A DNA stretch of 64,000 nt from NCBI GenBank assembly GCA_965216875.1, contig OZ244207.1, forward strand, positions 6,464,001 through 6,528,000. Reading direction: 5' to 3'. The notes under the pieces were generated by a model. The model was given only the letters and a program-made list of their open reading frames with translations. It was not told the DNA's origin and made no database searches. Numbering within the stretch: the stretch's first letter is position 1; each line of letters starts with the position of its first letter. Of this stretch, positions 9,608 to 18,314 are shown in pieces. The translations under genes and the position numbers were made by a program. The stretch comes from Rubripirellula sp. Lineage in GTDB: Bacteria > Planctomycetota > Planctomycetia > Pirellulales > Pirellulaceae.

Positions 9608-12600
9608 TCAACCAACGGCGTTGGCGGTTTCATCGCGTAAGGTTTGAACGCACCCAATCCAATGCGAAGCGATGCGTTCGATCTCCTCGACGCGCTCTCG
9701 ACTGACGTTCTCGGGTTCGTCCGAGTCCGACTCGATCGATGCTGCTTTGCTAACGTCGTCGGCTTCGGCGACATAGGCCAAGCATGATTTCAAGGTGTGC
9801 GACGCAGTTTTCAGTGAGGCGGCGTCGCGGGTTTCGACGGAGCCACGAATTCGCTGGATGAGGTCGGGGACTTCTTCCAAGAATGCTTCGCAGATCGCGA
9901 GCAGCATGTCGGGGCGATTGCCACTGCGAGCTTGAATTCGTTGTCGCCACGATTCGGACGACGTCTCGTTTTCGTCCACGACTCGTGCGCCGGTCGTTTC
10001 ATTGGTCGAGCGATCGTCGCTGGTTGTCTCGGTACCGGCGGAGTCTGCTGCATCGGATGTCTGCTTGGCGATCTCGGCAACAAGTTTGTCTCGGTCGACT
10101 GGTTTGGTGATGAAGCCGTTCATTCCGGCATCAAAGCACAGTTTTCGGTGTTCGTCGGTGACGTGCGCGGTAAGCGCGATCACAGGCGGCGAACTCTTAG
10201 ATTGCCTGGCCAACATCGCTCGAAGACGCTGTGTCGCTTCGGTGCCGTCCATGTCGGGCATTTGCAAGTCCATCAGCACACAGTCGTAGTCTTTCTGGCC
10301 GGCCATGGTGATTGCTTCGGCGCCACCGGGAGCGACGTCGACTTGGAAACCGGCTGTCATCAGTTGATCGCGAATGACGGTTTGGTTGACAGGGCTGTCA
10401 TCGACCAATAACAGAAGTTGGCTTTCGCGGATCTTTCTTGCTTGTCGCGCCGCATCATCTTGTAAGTCGAAATCAAACTCATCGCCTTCACTCGAGTTGG
10501 AATGCATGGCGGCAGCGATGAGTTCGTCGGGCAATACCGGTTGCGAAAGAATGGCGTCTTGGTCTTGGGCTTGATCGGAAAGGGGTTCGCCGAGCCGTGT
10601 TACCCAGACGACTTGATCGCCGCTGCGCCGCATCGATTCGAAATGGGTCGACGCGATCTGTTGCGGACTGACGATCCAAGTCAATCGGCGTGTGGCGTCC
10701 TCGGGGATCTGCGTCACAGTGGGGATTGCGTATGCCCCCAGGATTTGCGCAATCGATTGATCGATGACCAATTGGCCAGTGTCGACAAGGCAGCAAACCT
10801 TCTCGTCGATCGCGCGTTTGGGTGTGGTCGTTGTTTCGGCGAGCGGCAACTCGAGATGGCACGTAAAGGTGCTTCCGCTTTCCACCTTGCTTTCCAGTTC
10901 GATTCGGCCACCCATCCTTCGGGCTAGCTCGTTTGAGATGGAAAGGCCAAGGCCGGTACCACCAAATCGGCGAGTGGTCCCTTCTTCGCCCCGTTCAAAG
11001 GCTTCGAAGACGGCTTCGCGTTTGTCAGCTGGGATTCCAACGCCGGTGTCGGAAACGGCGATGCAAATGTTTGCGTGTTCGTTGTTGGTTGCGGATCGAT
11101 CGCCCGAGAGTTTCAAGGTAACGCTGCCCGACGGCGTGAACTTGATGGCGTTGCCGCCGAGGTTCATCACGATCTGACGAATCCGTTTCGGATCTGCAAC
11201 CACATGACGCGGCGTGTCGGGATCGACACGAATTGCCAATTCGAGCGGTTTGCCGACGGCCCGAGCGGCAATGGATTTGAATGCGTTGGAGACAACCGCA
11301 TGAACGTCGATTGGTTGCGGGTTGATTTGAACCTGGCCGGCTTCGATGGCCGAGAAGTCCAAGATGTCTTCAATCACATCACTAAGCTGGGACCCGCTCT
11401 GTCGAATCATGTCGACGTATTGGCGACCGCGAGGTGAGAGAGGCGTGTCGAGAATCAGGTCGGTCAACCCGGTGATGCCACCGAGCGGTGTCCGCAGCTC
11501 GTGGCTGACGCCCGCCATGAACTCGCTTTTCGTGCGGCTGGTCGCTTCGGCTGCCGCTTTGGCTTCACGAAGCGTTTCCATGGCCTGTCGCTGTACGGTC
11601 ACATCGCGAACGATGATTGCCATTCCCTGCGAGTCGCCCATCGGAATGGCATTGATCGTTACCTCACTATCAAACTGACTGCCATCGCGTCTTTGCAGTG
11701 TCATCTCATGGCGCTCGGTCTGCGCAAGCTCGGACCAATCTACGGGATCACCATGGTCCACCACGATCGGTTGTGCGATGTCACCGAGTGGTCTGCCGAC
11801 AAGTTGTTCGGTCGGTATTTGAAAAAGATGTGCGGCCGACGGGTTGGCTTCAACGACCGTTTGATCCCGATCGGAAAGGATCACCGCATCACCCGCGGTT
11901 TCAAAGAGCGCGCGTTTTCTCGCTTCGCTGTCTCGCAGTGCGATGGCGCTTCGATGCTTTTCCGTGACGTCCCAAAAGATGACCTGGATGCCAACGCATT
12001 GACCCGATTGATCGAATTCGGGCGCCTTGAAGACTTGGACGTATCCCGTGCCACCATCGGGAGTCGGGTGTTCTTCGACGTGTTCGACCGGCTTGCCTGT
12101 TTCCATCACACGAAGATCGTCGGCACGATATCCATCGGCCAACTCGGGTGGGTAGAACTCGGAATCGGGTTTTCCGATCACATCGGACGGATCGCGGGCG
12201 AGTTGTTTGCAGAACGTTTCGTTCGCGTAGGTGATCGTGCCATCCCGGTCCTTGCGTAGGACTTGAAGGTGCATCCGATCGATCAACGACTGCAAGTTGG
12301 TTTCGCTTCGGTCCAGGAGATGCTCGGTGGTTTGTCGCCGTTGGACTTCATCGCGAAGCGATTGATTGAGTTGACGCAGTTCATCGGTGCGGCGACGAAC
12401 CTTTTGTTGCAGATCACGGCGCAACCCGACACGCCGCCGCCGTGCTCGCATCAAGTTAATGTGAAACAGTCCGGCGGCCGCCAGGGTGAGTGTGGTCCAG
12501 ACCCGCGCCGGATCGATCACCGACATGGCCGCTGCTTTACCGTCGACCTCGTGAACGGTTTGGTTGTAATTGTGGCTGACCAGGTGGTAGAGGCCCGGAA

Positions 12601-12814
12601 TGACCACGGCGACCATCAAGGTGGCTGTCAGGAGGGAAACGTGGCGGCGATGCAGCAATCGCCAGGCGATCGGCAAGATCAGGGCATGCACGGCGCAGAT
12701 CGCCAGTTCGGCGGGCGCGAAAAAGTCGGCGATCGCAAGGCACAGGGCGATGGCGATCCAGACCGTCGGTTTGGCGAGAGCGGATTTGAGCAGGGACATC
12801 AAGTTGGCAATCAC
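9608..12814 (-). CDS. Membrane hybrid sensor histidine kinase (TM, 2xPAS, HisKA, HATPase, REC, Hpt)
   Basis: SHELRTPL, NAIKFT, DTGVGI, GGTGLGLSI, LVDDSPVN...MDLQMPDMDG, SHTLKS. Confidence 0.93.
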   Translation of the reverse strand: MIANLMSLLKSALAKPTVWIAIALCLAIADFFAPAELAICAVHALILPIAWRLLHRRHVSLLTATLMVAVVIPGLYHLVSHNYNQTVHEVDGKAAAMSVIDPARVWTTLTLAAAGLFHINLMRARRRRVGLRRDLQQKVRRRTDELRQLNQSLRDEVQRRQTTEHLLDRSETNLQSLIDRMHLQVLRKDRDGTITYANETFCKQLARDPSDVIGKPDSEFYPPELADGYRADDLRVMETGKPVEHVEEHPTPDGGTGYVQVFKAPEFDQSGQCVGIQVIFWDVTEKHRSAIALRDSEARKRALFETAGDAVILSDRDQTVVEANPSAAHLFQIPTEQLVGRPLGDIAQPIVVDHGDPVDWSELAQTERHEMTLQRRDGSQFDSEVTINAIPMGDSQGMAIIVRDVTVQRQAMETLREAKAAAEATSRTKSEFMAGVSHELRTPLGGITGLTDLILDTPLSPRGRQYVDMIRQSGSQLSDVIEDILDFSAIEAGQVQINPQPIDVHAVVSNAFKSIAARAVGKPLELAIRVDPDTPRHVVADPKRIRQIVMNLGGNAIKFTPSGSVTLKLSGDRSATNNEHANICIAVSDTGVGIPADKREAVFEAFERGEEGTTRRFGGTGLGLSISNELARRMGGRIELESKVESGSTFTCHLELPLAETTTTPKRAIDEKVCCLVDTGQLVIDQSIAQILGAYAIPTVTQIPEDATRRLTWIVSPQQIASTHFESMRRSGDQVVWVTRLGEPLSDQAQDQDAILSQPVLPDELIAAAMHSNSSEGDEFDFDLQDDAARQARKIRESQLLLLVDDSPVNQTVIRDQLMTAGFQVDVAPGGAEAITMAGQKDYDCVLMDLQMPDMDGTEATQRLRAMLARQSKSSPPVIALTAHVTDEHRKLCFDAGMNGFITKPVDRDKLVAEIAKQTSDAADSAGTETTSDDRSTNETTGARVVDENETSSESWRQRIQARSGNRPDMLLAICEAFLEEVPDLIQRIRGSVETRDAASLKTASHTLKSCLAYVAEADDVSKAASIESDSDEPENVSRERVEEIERIASHWIGCVQTLRDETANAVG

Positions 12815-12912
12815 GTGTGAGCAGGCACAAGTAGTATAGCCTGACTGTTCCCGACAACCGATCCAACCCGTCGCTGTTCACTAAGCTGATTGATTCTCCG
12901 AAGTCTCAAGTT

Positions 12913-12941
12913 TTGACTGCAGGGATCCGTGACATAGCTTT
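12913..12941 (+). promoter_or_regulatory. Putative sigma70-type promoter of flp copy 1 (TTGACT-16nt-TAGCTT)
   Basis: Same -35/-10 spacing and identical CGTGACATAGCTTT core as 13706-13734. Confidence 0.6.
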
Positions 12942-13023
12942 TGCATAGAGAGCAGATTGGTGTTCAGTCTGCTGCCGGTACGTTTCTTTCAACATCCGTG
13001 AGAGAAACATCCGGTCAGCCTAG

Positions 13024-13133
13024 CTTTCCTGAACAAAGGCAAATCGCTCGTGAGAGCGAGACGCAAAGCCACGGGTCCTTCGGACATGGTTGGGAGAACC
13101 ATGATCGGTGGATCGCCGGGCTGCCGTGGAAAC
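13024..13133 (+). ncRNA. c-di-GMP-I (GEMM) riboswitch aptamer, copy 1
   Basis: GGCAAA, stem TCGCTC/GAGCGA with GTGA tetraloop, GACGCAAAGCCACGGGTC...GGATCGCCGGGCTGCCG, closed by TTTCC/GGAAA; G at the G20-equivalent position. Confidence 0.9.
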
Positions 13134-13266
13134 GATTCGCATTGTTCCCCAGGGCTTGTCCAAATTGGTCAGAGATCAGGCTGCGACGCGAGTGATTGGA
13201 TCCCAAGGGATCGCCCACCTAGTCATCGTGTGTCCCAACGGTCACACACCACCTGTGAGGAACAAA

Positions 13267-13443
13267 ATGAAGAACTTCGCTGACAGCATCGTTAATTTCT
13301 TGAAAGAAGAAGATGGACCAACCGCGGTTGAGTACGCCGTGATGTTGGCATTGATCATCGTGGTTTGCTTGGCAGCGGTCGGAACGATCGGTACCGAAGC
13401 AAACACGAAATTCGGTGAGGTTTCAGCAGGCCTCGCTAACTAA
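13267..13443 (+). CDS. flp: Flp type IVb pilin, copy 1
   Basis: FLKEEDG/PTAVEYAVMLALI Flp motif; GAGG RBS; 58 aa. Confidence 0.95.
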   Translation: MKNFADSIVNFLKEEDGPTAVEYAVMLALIIVVCLAAVGTIGTEANTKFGEVSAGLAN

Positions 13444-13505
13444 GACTACCCCTCTTGGTGGTGTCTTAGCTACCGGGATCTACCTGGTGCGATTCACGTT
13501 GTTGG

Positions 13506-13540
13506 ATCCGGCTCGTTTCTTGCGAGTCGGATTTTTTTTT
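13506..13540 (+). terminator. Rho-independent terminator after flp copy 1
   Basis: ATCCGGCTCG-loop-CGAGTCGGAT followed by a T-run. Confidence 0.85.
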
Positions 13541-13705
13541 GCGCGTTCGGGTCGCGGCGACCACCCCTTAGCCGCCGTCGCTGGCACACACATCGCGCTG
13601 ATTCATTCTCTCATGGTGTTAACCCTTAGTTGCTCGTTGCAATCGATACAAGCGGCTTATCCGGGCAACGATTTACACCGTTAAGGCTTCTGTGACCACA
13701 CTTTT

Positions 13706-13734
13706 TTGACGGGACCAATTCGTGACATAGCTTT
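13706..13734 (+). promoter_or_regulatory. Putative sigma70-type promoter of flp copy 2 / tad genes (TTGACG-16nt-TAGCTT)
   Basis: Conserved with 12913-12941. Confidence 0.6.
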
Positions 13735-13810
13735 CCTGTAGAGAGTGAGCGGATCGGTGTTCGGTCCGCTGCCGGAGCGAAGGTTATCCCTGAGGCTCCG
13801 GTCAGCCTTG

Positions 13811-13911
13811 CTCCCTGACAAAGGCAAACCGTTCGAGAGAGCGGGGCGCAAAGCTACGGGTCCGTGGGTCGTCACAAGATTGGCCTCAGGATCGCCGGGC
13901 TGCCAAGGGAA
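13811..13911 (+). ncRNA. c-di-GMP-I (GEMM) riboswitch aptamer, copy 2
   Basis: GGCAAA, stem CCGTTC/GAGCGG with GAGA loop, GGCGCAAAGCTACGGGTC...GGATCGCCGGGCTGCC, closed by TCCCT/AGGGA. Confidence 0.9.
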
Positions 13912-14059
13912 TGTTGATTCAAGTTCAACATAGCCAAGGTGCGTCAGACGAAAGTCGGAGACGAGGCTGCCCCACCACTGGGAGCGACTCAACGTCGAGT
14001 CGTCTCATTTAGTCGTCGTCGTGTGCACTGACACACATCTCACTCGCGAGGAGAGAGAC

Positions 14060-14236
14060 ATGAAGAATTTCGCTGATAGCATTGTTAACTTCCTGAAGGA
14101 AGAAGATGGCCCAACCGCTGTTGAGTACGCCGTCATGCTCGCTTTGATCGTTGTTGTTTGCTTGGCAGCTGTCGGTACCATCGGTACCGAAGCGAACACC
14201 AAGTTCACAGCAGTCGGCACAGCACTTGCCAACTAA
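14060..14236 (+). CDS. flp: Flp type IVb pilin, copy 2
   Basis: Same Flp motif; GAGGAG RBS; 58 aa. Confidence 0.95.
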   Translation: MKNFADSIVNFLKEEDGPTAVEYAVMLALIVVVCLAAVGTIGTEANTKFTAVGTALAN

Positions 14237-14446
14237 TTCTGCGGTCGCCCATCTCTTCGGGAACCGTTTGGTTCCCGTCGAGAACGATCCCTGGGCGAAC
14301 CCACGAGAATTGTCTCGACGCACTTCGGTGCGGTGCCTTCTTGGGGGCGTCGCGCCGACCGCGCCGAGGCCAAAGACCTGCCGTCAAGGCAACCCACCCG
14401 CCCGCACGGGCAAACCCAACCCGCCAACACATGCGGGAGGCCCACC

Positions 14447-14557
14447 ATGAACTACCCACTACTACCTGCCGATGCCGCTGCCTACGCCTGGCAACTGTCT
14501 TGCTGTCTCGTGACGCTCCTGTTCGCGATGTTCAGCTGGATGGTCGGACCTCGGTAA
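14447..14557 (+). CDS. Putative 36-aa single-TM small protein
   Basis: GGAGG 6 nt before ATG; MNYPLLPADAAAYAWQLSCCLVTLLFAMFSWMVGPR. Confidence 0.55.
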   Translation: MNYPLLPADAAAYAWQLSCCLVTLLFAMFSWMVGPR

Positions 14558-14661
14558 ACCCACCCAAATCACAACATTCTGACGCGTTTGAATGGATCTT
14601 CACCATTGAGACGCGTCGGTGAACAAGCTCGCTAAGAAAAAGAAAACACGGGGATAATCCT

Positions 14662-15219
14662 ATGGCCACCCTAATGAACGCCTTTGCCGAAAACTGGATT
14701 GTTTGGTTCGTCACCATCGTTCTGGTTGTCGCTGCCGTGATCGACGGCAAGATTTTGAAAGTACCAAACTGGTTGACCTTCCCCTTCATCATCTGCGGAT
14801 GGATTCACTGGACCATCCAAGACGGTGGCAGCGGATTGGGTTGGAGCCTGCTGGGAACCTTCGTTGGCATGATGCTGCTATTGGTGTTGCGAAACGTTGG
14901 GGGCATGGGAGCTGGCGACGTGAAACTGCTCGCCGGCGTCGGTGCCTGGCTTGGTGCGGTTGTCACCCTATACGCCTTCGCCGCAACCGCTTTGGTCGGT
15001 GGTGTCATGGCAGTGATCATGATTCTTCGCAGTGGCAACTGGCAAAAGCACTGGGCGATGGCCCACCAAATCCTTCACGAGTGGAAGACAGTCAAGAATC
15101 CACAGAAGCTCGCTGCGATTGCACGCGAACGCAAGCCAACCATGAAACTGTTGCCCTACGGCATCCCAATGGCGATTGGCTCGATCGGATACTTCGCTCT
15201 GGCCGGCATGTTGGTCTGA
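14662..15219 (+). CDS. cpaA: Prepilin peptidase CpaA/TadV (A24)
   Basis: AVIDGKILKVPNWLT, GMGAGDVKLLAGVGAWLG, LPYGIPMAIG. Confidence 0.93.
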   Translation: MATLMNAFAENWIVWFVTIVLVVAAVIDGKILKVPNWLTFPFIICGWIHWTIQDGGSGLGWSLLGTFVGMMLLLVLRNVGGMGAGDVKLLAGVGAWLGAVVTLYAFAATALVGGVMAVIMILRSGNWQKHWAMAHQILHEWKTVKNPQKLAAIARERKPTMKLLPYGIPMAIGSIGYFALAGMLV

Positions 15220-15482
15220 GCTGACGGGTGATTTTGGCCCCCCGCCAGGAAAAGGCAGCTGTCGGGGGAGTCAACCACCACTGTGTGAATCTGTGACGAT
15301 TGCGTGATGGTTCGTGATTGCGTTGTCTTCACCGATCATGTTGATCGTAGCCCGCCGATCGTGCGGATTGCAGCGATACCATGCCTTGCTCCGAAAAACA
15401 CCTTTGAGTGGGTATCTCGTAATTGTCTGCGAGATCTGCCGCTCATGACCGCGGCACATTTACCTAGGTCCTACGAATAGCC

Positions 15483-16559
15483 ATGCGTAACAAATCACTT
15501 TTCTTAATGGTCGCTTGTGTCTGCGGCACGATCGCCGCAATTGGTGTGAACCAATGGATGCAAGCCCAAGACAAGGGTGGCGGTGCTCAGACCGTTGGCA
15601 TCCTTGTCGCTGTTGCAAATATTGACAAGGGCGCCGAAATCAAGGCCGAGAACGTAGAGCTTGAAGAATGGCCCGCCGGGAAGATTCCCGATGGTGCAAC
15701 TGCAAACTACGAAGACGTCGTCGGCAAGTTCGCCAAGACTCAGTTCTACAAGGGCGAAGCTCTGATGGCGGTGAAGCTGACCGAGAGCAGCCACAAAGTC
15801 ATTCCTAAGGGATACAACGTCGTTGCTTTGAAGGCACGAGACGTCAGTATTGCCAACGTCATCCAACCCGGTGACCTGGTGAACGTGATGTCCTACTTCA
15901 ATAAGAGCGAATTGATTCCTCGTCCGATCACAAAAACGGTTTTGATGGGCGTGCGAGTCTATGCAATCAACGGCGACACCGAGCGACACGTCGGCGAAGA
16001 CAAGCCAAAGACCGTCAACGACATCCAGCTGCTGATTCACAAAAACGACGCGGAAGCGTGGACCTACGCAAACGAAATCGGAAAGATTCGTTTGGCCATC
16101 GGCAACGATGATGATTACGGATCCGACATTGCCGAAGATGGTTCGAGCATCGCTGGAAAAGAGTTCGTCGATTGGATGGACGCTTACCAACGAGAGCAAG
16201 AGGCACGTGCCCGCGAGGCGGAAGCCAGTAAGCGAGAGGCAAACAAGCCTCGCACCGTGCAAACAAAAGCAGCTGCTCCTTCGGGACCAACGCGAAGCAA
16301 AGATGGTTTCGCGATCACGAAAATGGTCGAAGGCCGCATGACCAAATACTGGATTGAACCGGGCAAGTTGCCTGTCATCATCGAAGACACCGGACCTTTG
16401 AGTTCAGTGATCCATGACGAACCACCCATGGACACCAACTCCGCAGGCTCGGGAAGCGATCAACAGCCTCAGGGCGAAGATGATCGTGACGTTGATTACA
16501 GCTACCTCAACGGTGAAGACAGCCCGTTTTACCAACCGCCTGCTGGCGGCGAGTTTTGA
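15483..16559 (+). CDS. cpaB: Flp pilus assembly protein CpaB/RcpC
   Basis: N-terminal anchor, SAF-like region (VAVANIDKG...EEWP), IQPGDLVNV; position in locus. Confidence 0.88.
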   Translation: MRNKSLFLMVACVCGTIAAIGVNQWMQAQDKGGGAQTVGILVAVANIDKGAEIKAENVELEEWPAGKIPDGATANYEDVVGKFAKTQFYKGEALMAVKLTESSHKVIPKGYNVVALKARDVSIANVIQPGDLVNVMSYFNKSELIPRPITKTVLMGVRVYAINGDTERHVGEDKPKTVNDIQLLIHKNDAEAWTYANEIGKIRLAIGNDDDYGSDIAEDGSSIAGKEFVDWMDAYQREQEARAREAEASKREANKPRTVQTKAAAPSGPTRSKDGFAITKMVEGRMTKYWIEPGKLPVIIEDTGPLSSVIHDEPPMDTNSAGSGSDQQPQGEDDRDVDYSYLNGEDSPFYQPPAGGEF

Positions 16560-16712
16560 GCCAATTTCGTATGGCTCGTCAATGTTGATGAGCCGTACTT
16601 CCGTTTGTTTAACTTTTGACAACCGTTACCCGCATGGACCTTCACGCCGAGCACTTCTGCTCGTGAGTGAATTTCGGACGGATCCGAAAGGTCCCGCAAG
16701 GATGCATCCGCG

Positions 16713-18242
16713 ATGGAAACGACCCGATTGCCGGCGAAACTTTTCGTAGCCCTGCTACTGGTCGCTGGCTTGACAGCGACAGGTCCCCAGCAAGTCCGCG
16801 CACAACAGCGTGGGCCGATCATGCTGGCGTCGAACGAATCGACGGTTAGCCACAACATTTCGCAATCGATTGAGCGATTGGAGATGTTGGTCAAGAGCAG
16901 CCGCATTTTGACTTTGGAAGAGCGGATTCCAAAGTTCCAGGTTCACAACGAAGAGGTGTTGGGTGCCACGCCGGTTTCCCAAAACCAAATTCAGATCTTC
17001 GCCAAGAATCCTGGTACCACACAGCTGAACCTGTGGGACACCAACGACAAATTGTACACCGTCGATGTGGTTGTCCTCGCAGATGCTCGTGAGGTCGAGG
17101 GTATCCTTGGATCCCAGCTGCCACTGGCATCGCTCAAAGTCATGCCTCTCAGCAGTGGTGCGATCGTTTCCGGATCGGTTACCAACGTGGATGACGTTGA
17201 CCGAGCGGTTGCCATCGTCGAGCAGTTCTACACTTCGGTCGTCAACAACATCAAAGTGGTTGGTGTGCAACAAGTGTTGCTGCACACACGAATCATGGAA
17301 GTGTCGCGAACCAAATTCCGCGACCTCGGTATCGACTTCGCGCTGATCAACAACAACAAGCTGTTGGTCAACGCACCCGGTAACTTGATCAATGCTCCCG
17401 CAAGTACGCTTGCCGGAGCCGTGCCTGAAGCAGACGCCGCACAGGTTCGCATCTTCACAGGCGACTTCGAAGCACTCATTGCCGCTTTGCGTCGCGAAGA
17501 CTTGATCAAATTCCTGGCCGAGCCAACGGTGGTCGCCACGCACGGTCGTCCGGCTCGATTCACGGTCGGTGGTAAAGTGCCTTACGTTGTTCCATCGGGT
17601 GACGATGCGGTGACGATCGCTTACGAAGAATATGGAACGTCGGTTGACTTCTTGCCCTTCGTGGTGGGGCCCGGCCGAGTCCGTTTGGAAGTTCGACCTG
17701 AAGTCAGCGAGCCTGATAACTCACGTTCGATCGAAGCGGCTGGTATTGTCGTTCCCGCCTTTAGCCAACGCTATGTCGAAACGGCAGTCGAATTGCAAGC
17801 CGGTCAAACCTTTGCGATTGCTGGTTTGCTGCAAAGCCGAACCGAATCAAACCAACGTGCGACACCATTCCTTGGTGAGATTCCTTACCTCGGTGTGTTC
17901 TTCCGTCGCATGCAAGAACGACGCAATGACATTGAATTACTCGTGACCGTAACGCCAGAGTTGGTTGATGCCATGGACCCACACGAAGTACCACCGGGTG
18001 GACCTGGTTTGAACTCGAACTCGCCAAACGACCACGAGTTGTACTTGAAGGGGCATTTGGAAGTTCCAAACTTGCTGGGCGGCGACGGAAGCTGCTACGG
18101 CGATGGATTTAGTGAAGTCGGACCTGTTTACGGCAGCGAAGTTTCCTCGGGCATGTATCCCCACAACGCGATTGTTCCTGGACAGTCGCCAACCGTTGTG
18201 GGCGAAGGCGTGACCGTCACTGCACCACCCCAACAGCAGTGA
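16713..18242 (+). CDS. cpaC: Pilus secretin CpaC/RcpA
   Basis: QQVLLHTRIMEVSR, LAEPTVV...GGKVP, VRPEVSE, PFLGEIPYLGVFFR, ELLVTVTPELV. Confidence 0.93.
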   Translation: METTRLPAKLFVALLLVAGLTATGPQQVRAQQRGPIMLASNESTVSHNISQSIERLEMLVKSSRILTLEERIPKFQVHNEEVLGATPVSQNQIQIFAKNPGTTQLNLWDTNDKLYTVDVVVLADAREVEGILGSQLPLASLKVMPLSSGAIVSGSVTNVDDVDRAVAIVEQFYTSVVNNIKVVGVQQVLLHTRIMEVSRTKFRDLGIDFALINNNKLLVNAPGNLINAPASTLAGAVPEADAAQVRIFTGDFEALIAALRREDLIKFLAEPTVVATHGRPARFTVGGKVPYVVPSGDDAVTIAYEEYGTSVDFLPFVVGPGRVRLEVRPEVSEPDNSRSIEAAGIVVPAFSQRYVETAVELQAGQTFAIAGLLQSRTESNQRATPFLGEIPYLGVFFRRMQERRNDIELLVTVTPELVDAMDPHEVPPGGPGLNSNSPNDHELYLKGHLEVPNLLGGDGSCYGDGFSEVGPVYGSEVSSGMYPHNAIVPGQSPTVVGEGVTVTAPPQQQ

Positions 18243-18314
18243 CCGAGGCGGGCTAGTCGGTGAACGTTGGACTAGCTCGAAAGCAACCCTAGAAGTGACC
18301 GGACATATGTCGTT

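Noticed and set aside
12929..12945. sigma54 promoter upstream of flp1 (TGACATAGCTTTTGCA)
   Set aside because: Lacks the invariant GG and copy 2 lacks the -12 GC; a sigma70 -35/-10 fits both copies
13108..13266. N-terminal extension of flp1 in the ORF track (also 14021-14059 for flp2)
   Set aside because: It runs through the leader RNA; the RBS and paralogue alignment place the starts at 13267 and 14060
13024..13911. Aptamers as 3',3'-cGAMP (GEMM-Ib) riboswitches
   Set aside because: Both read GGCAAA, with G rather than A at the specificity position
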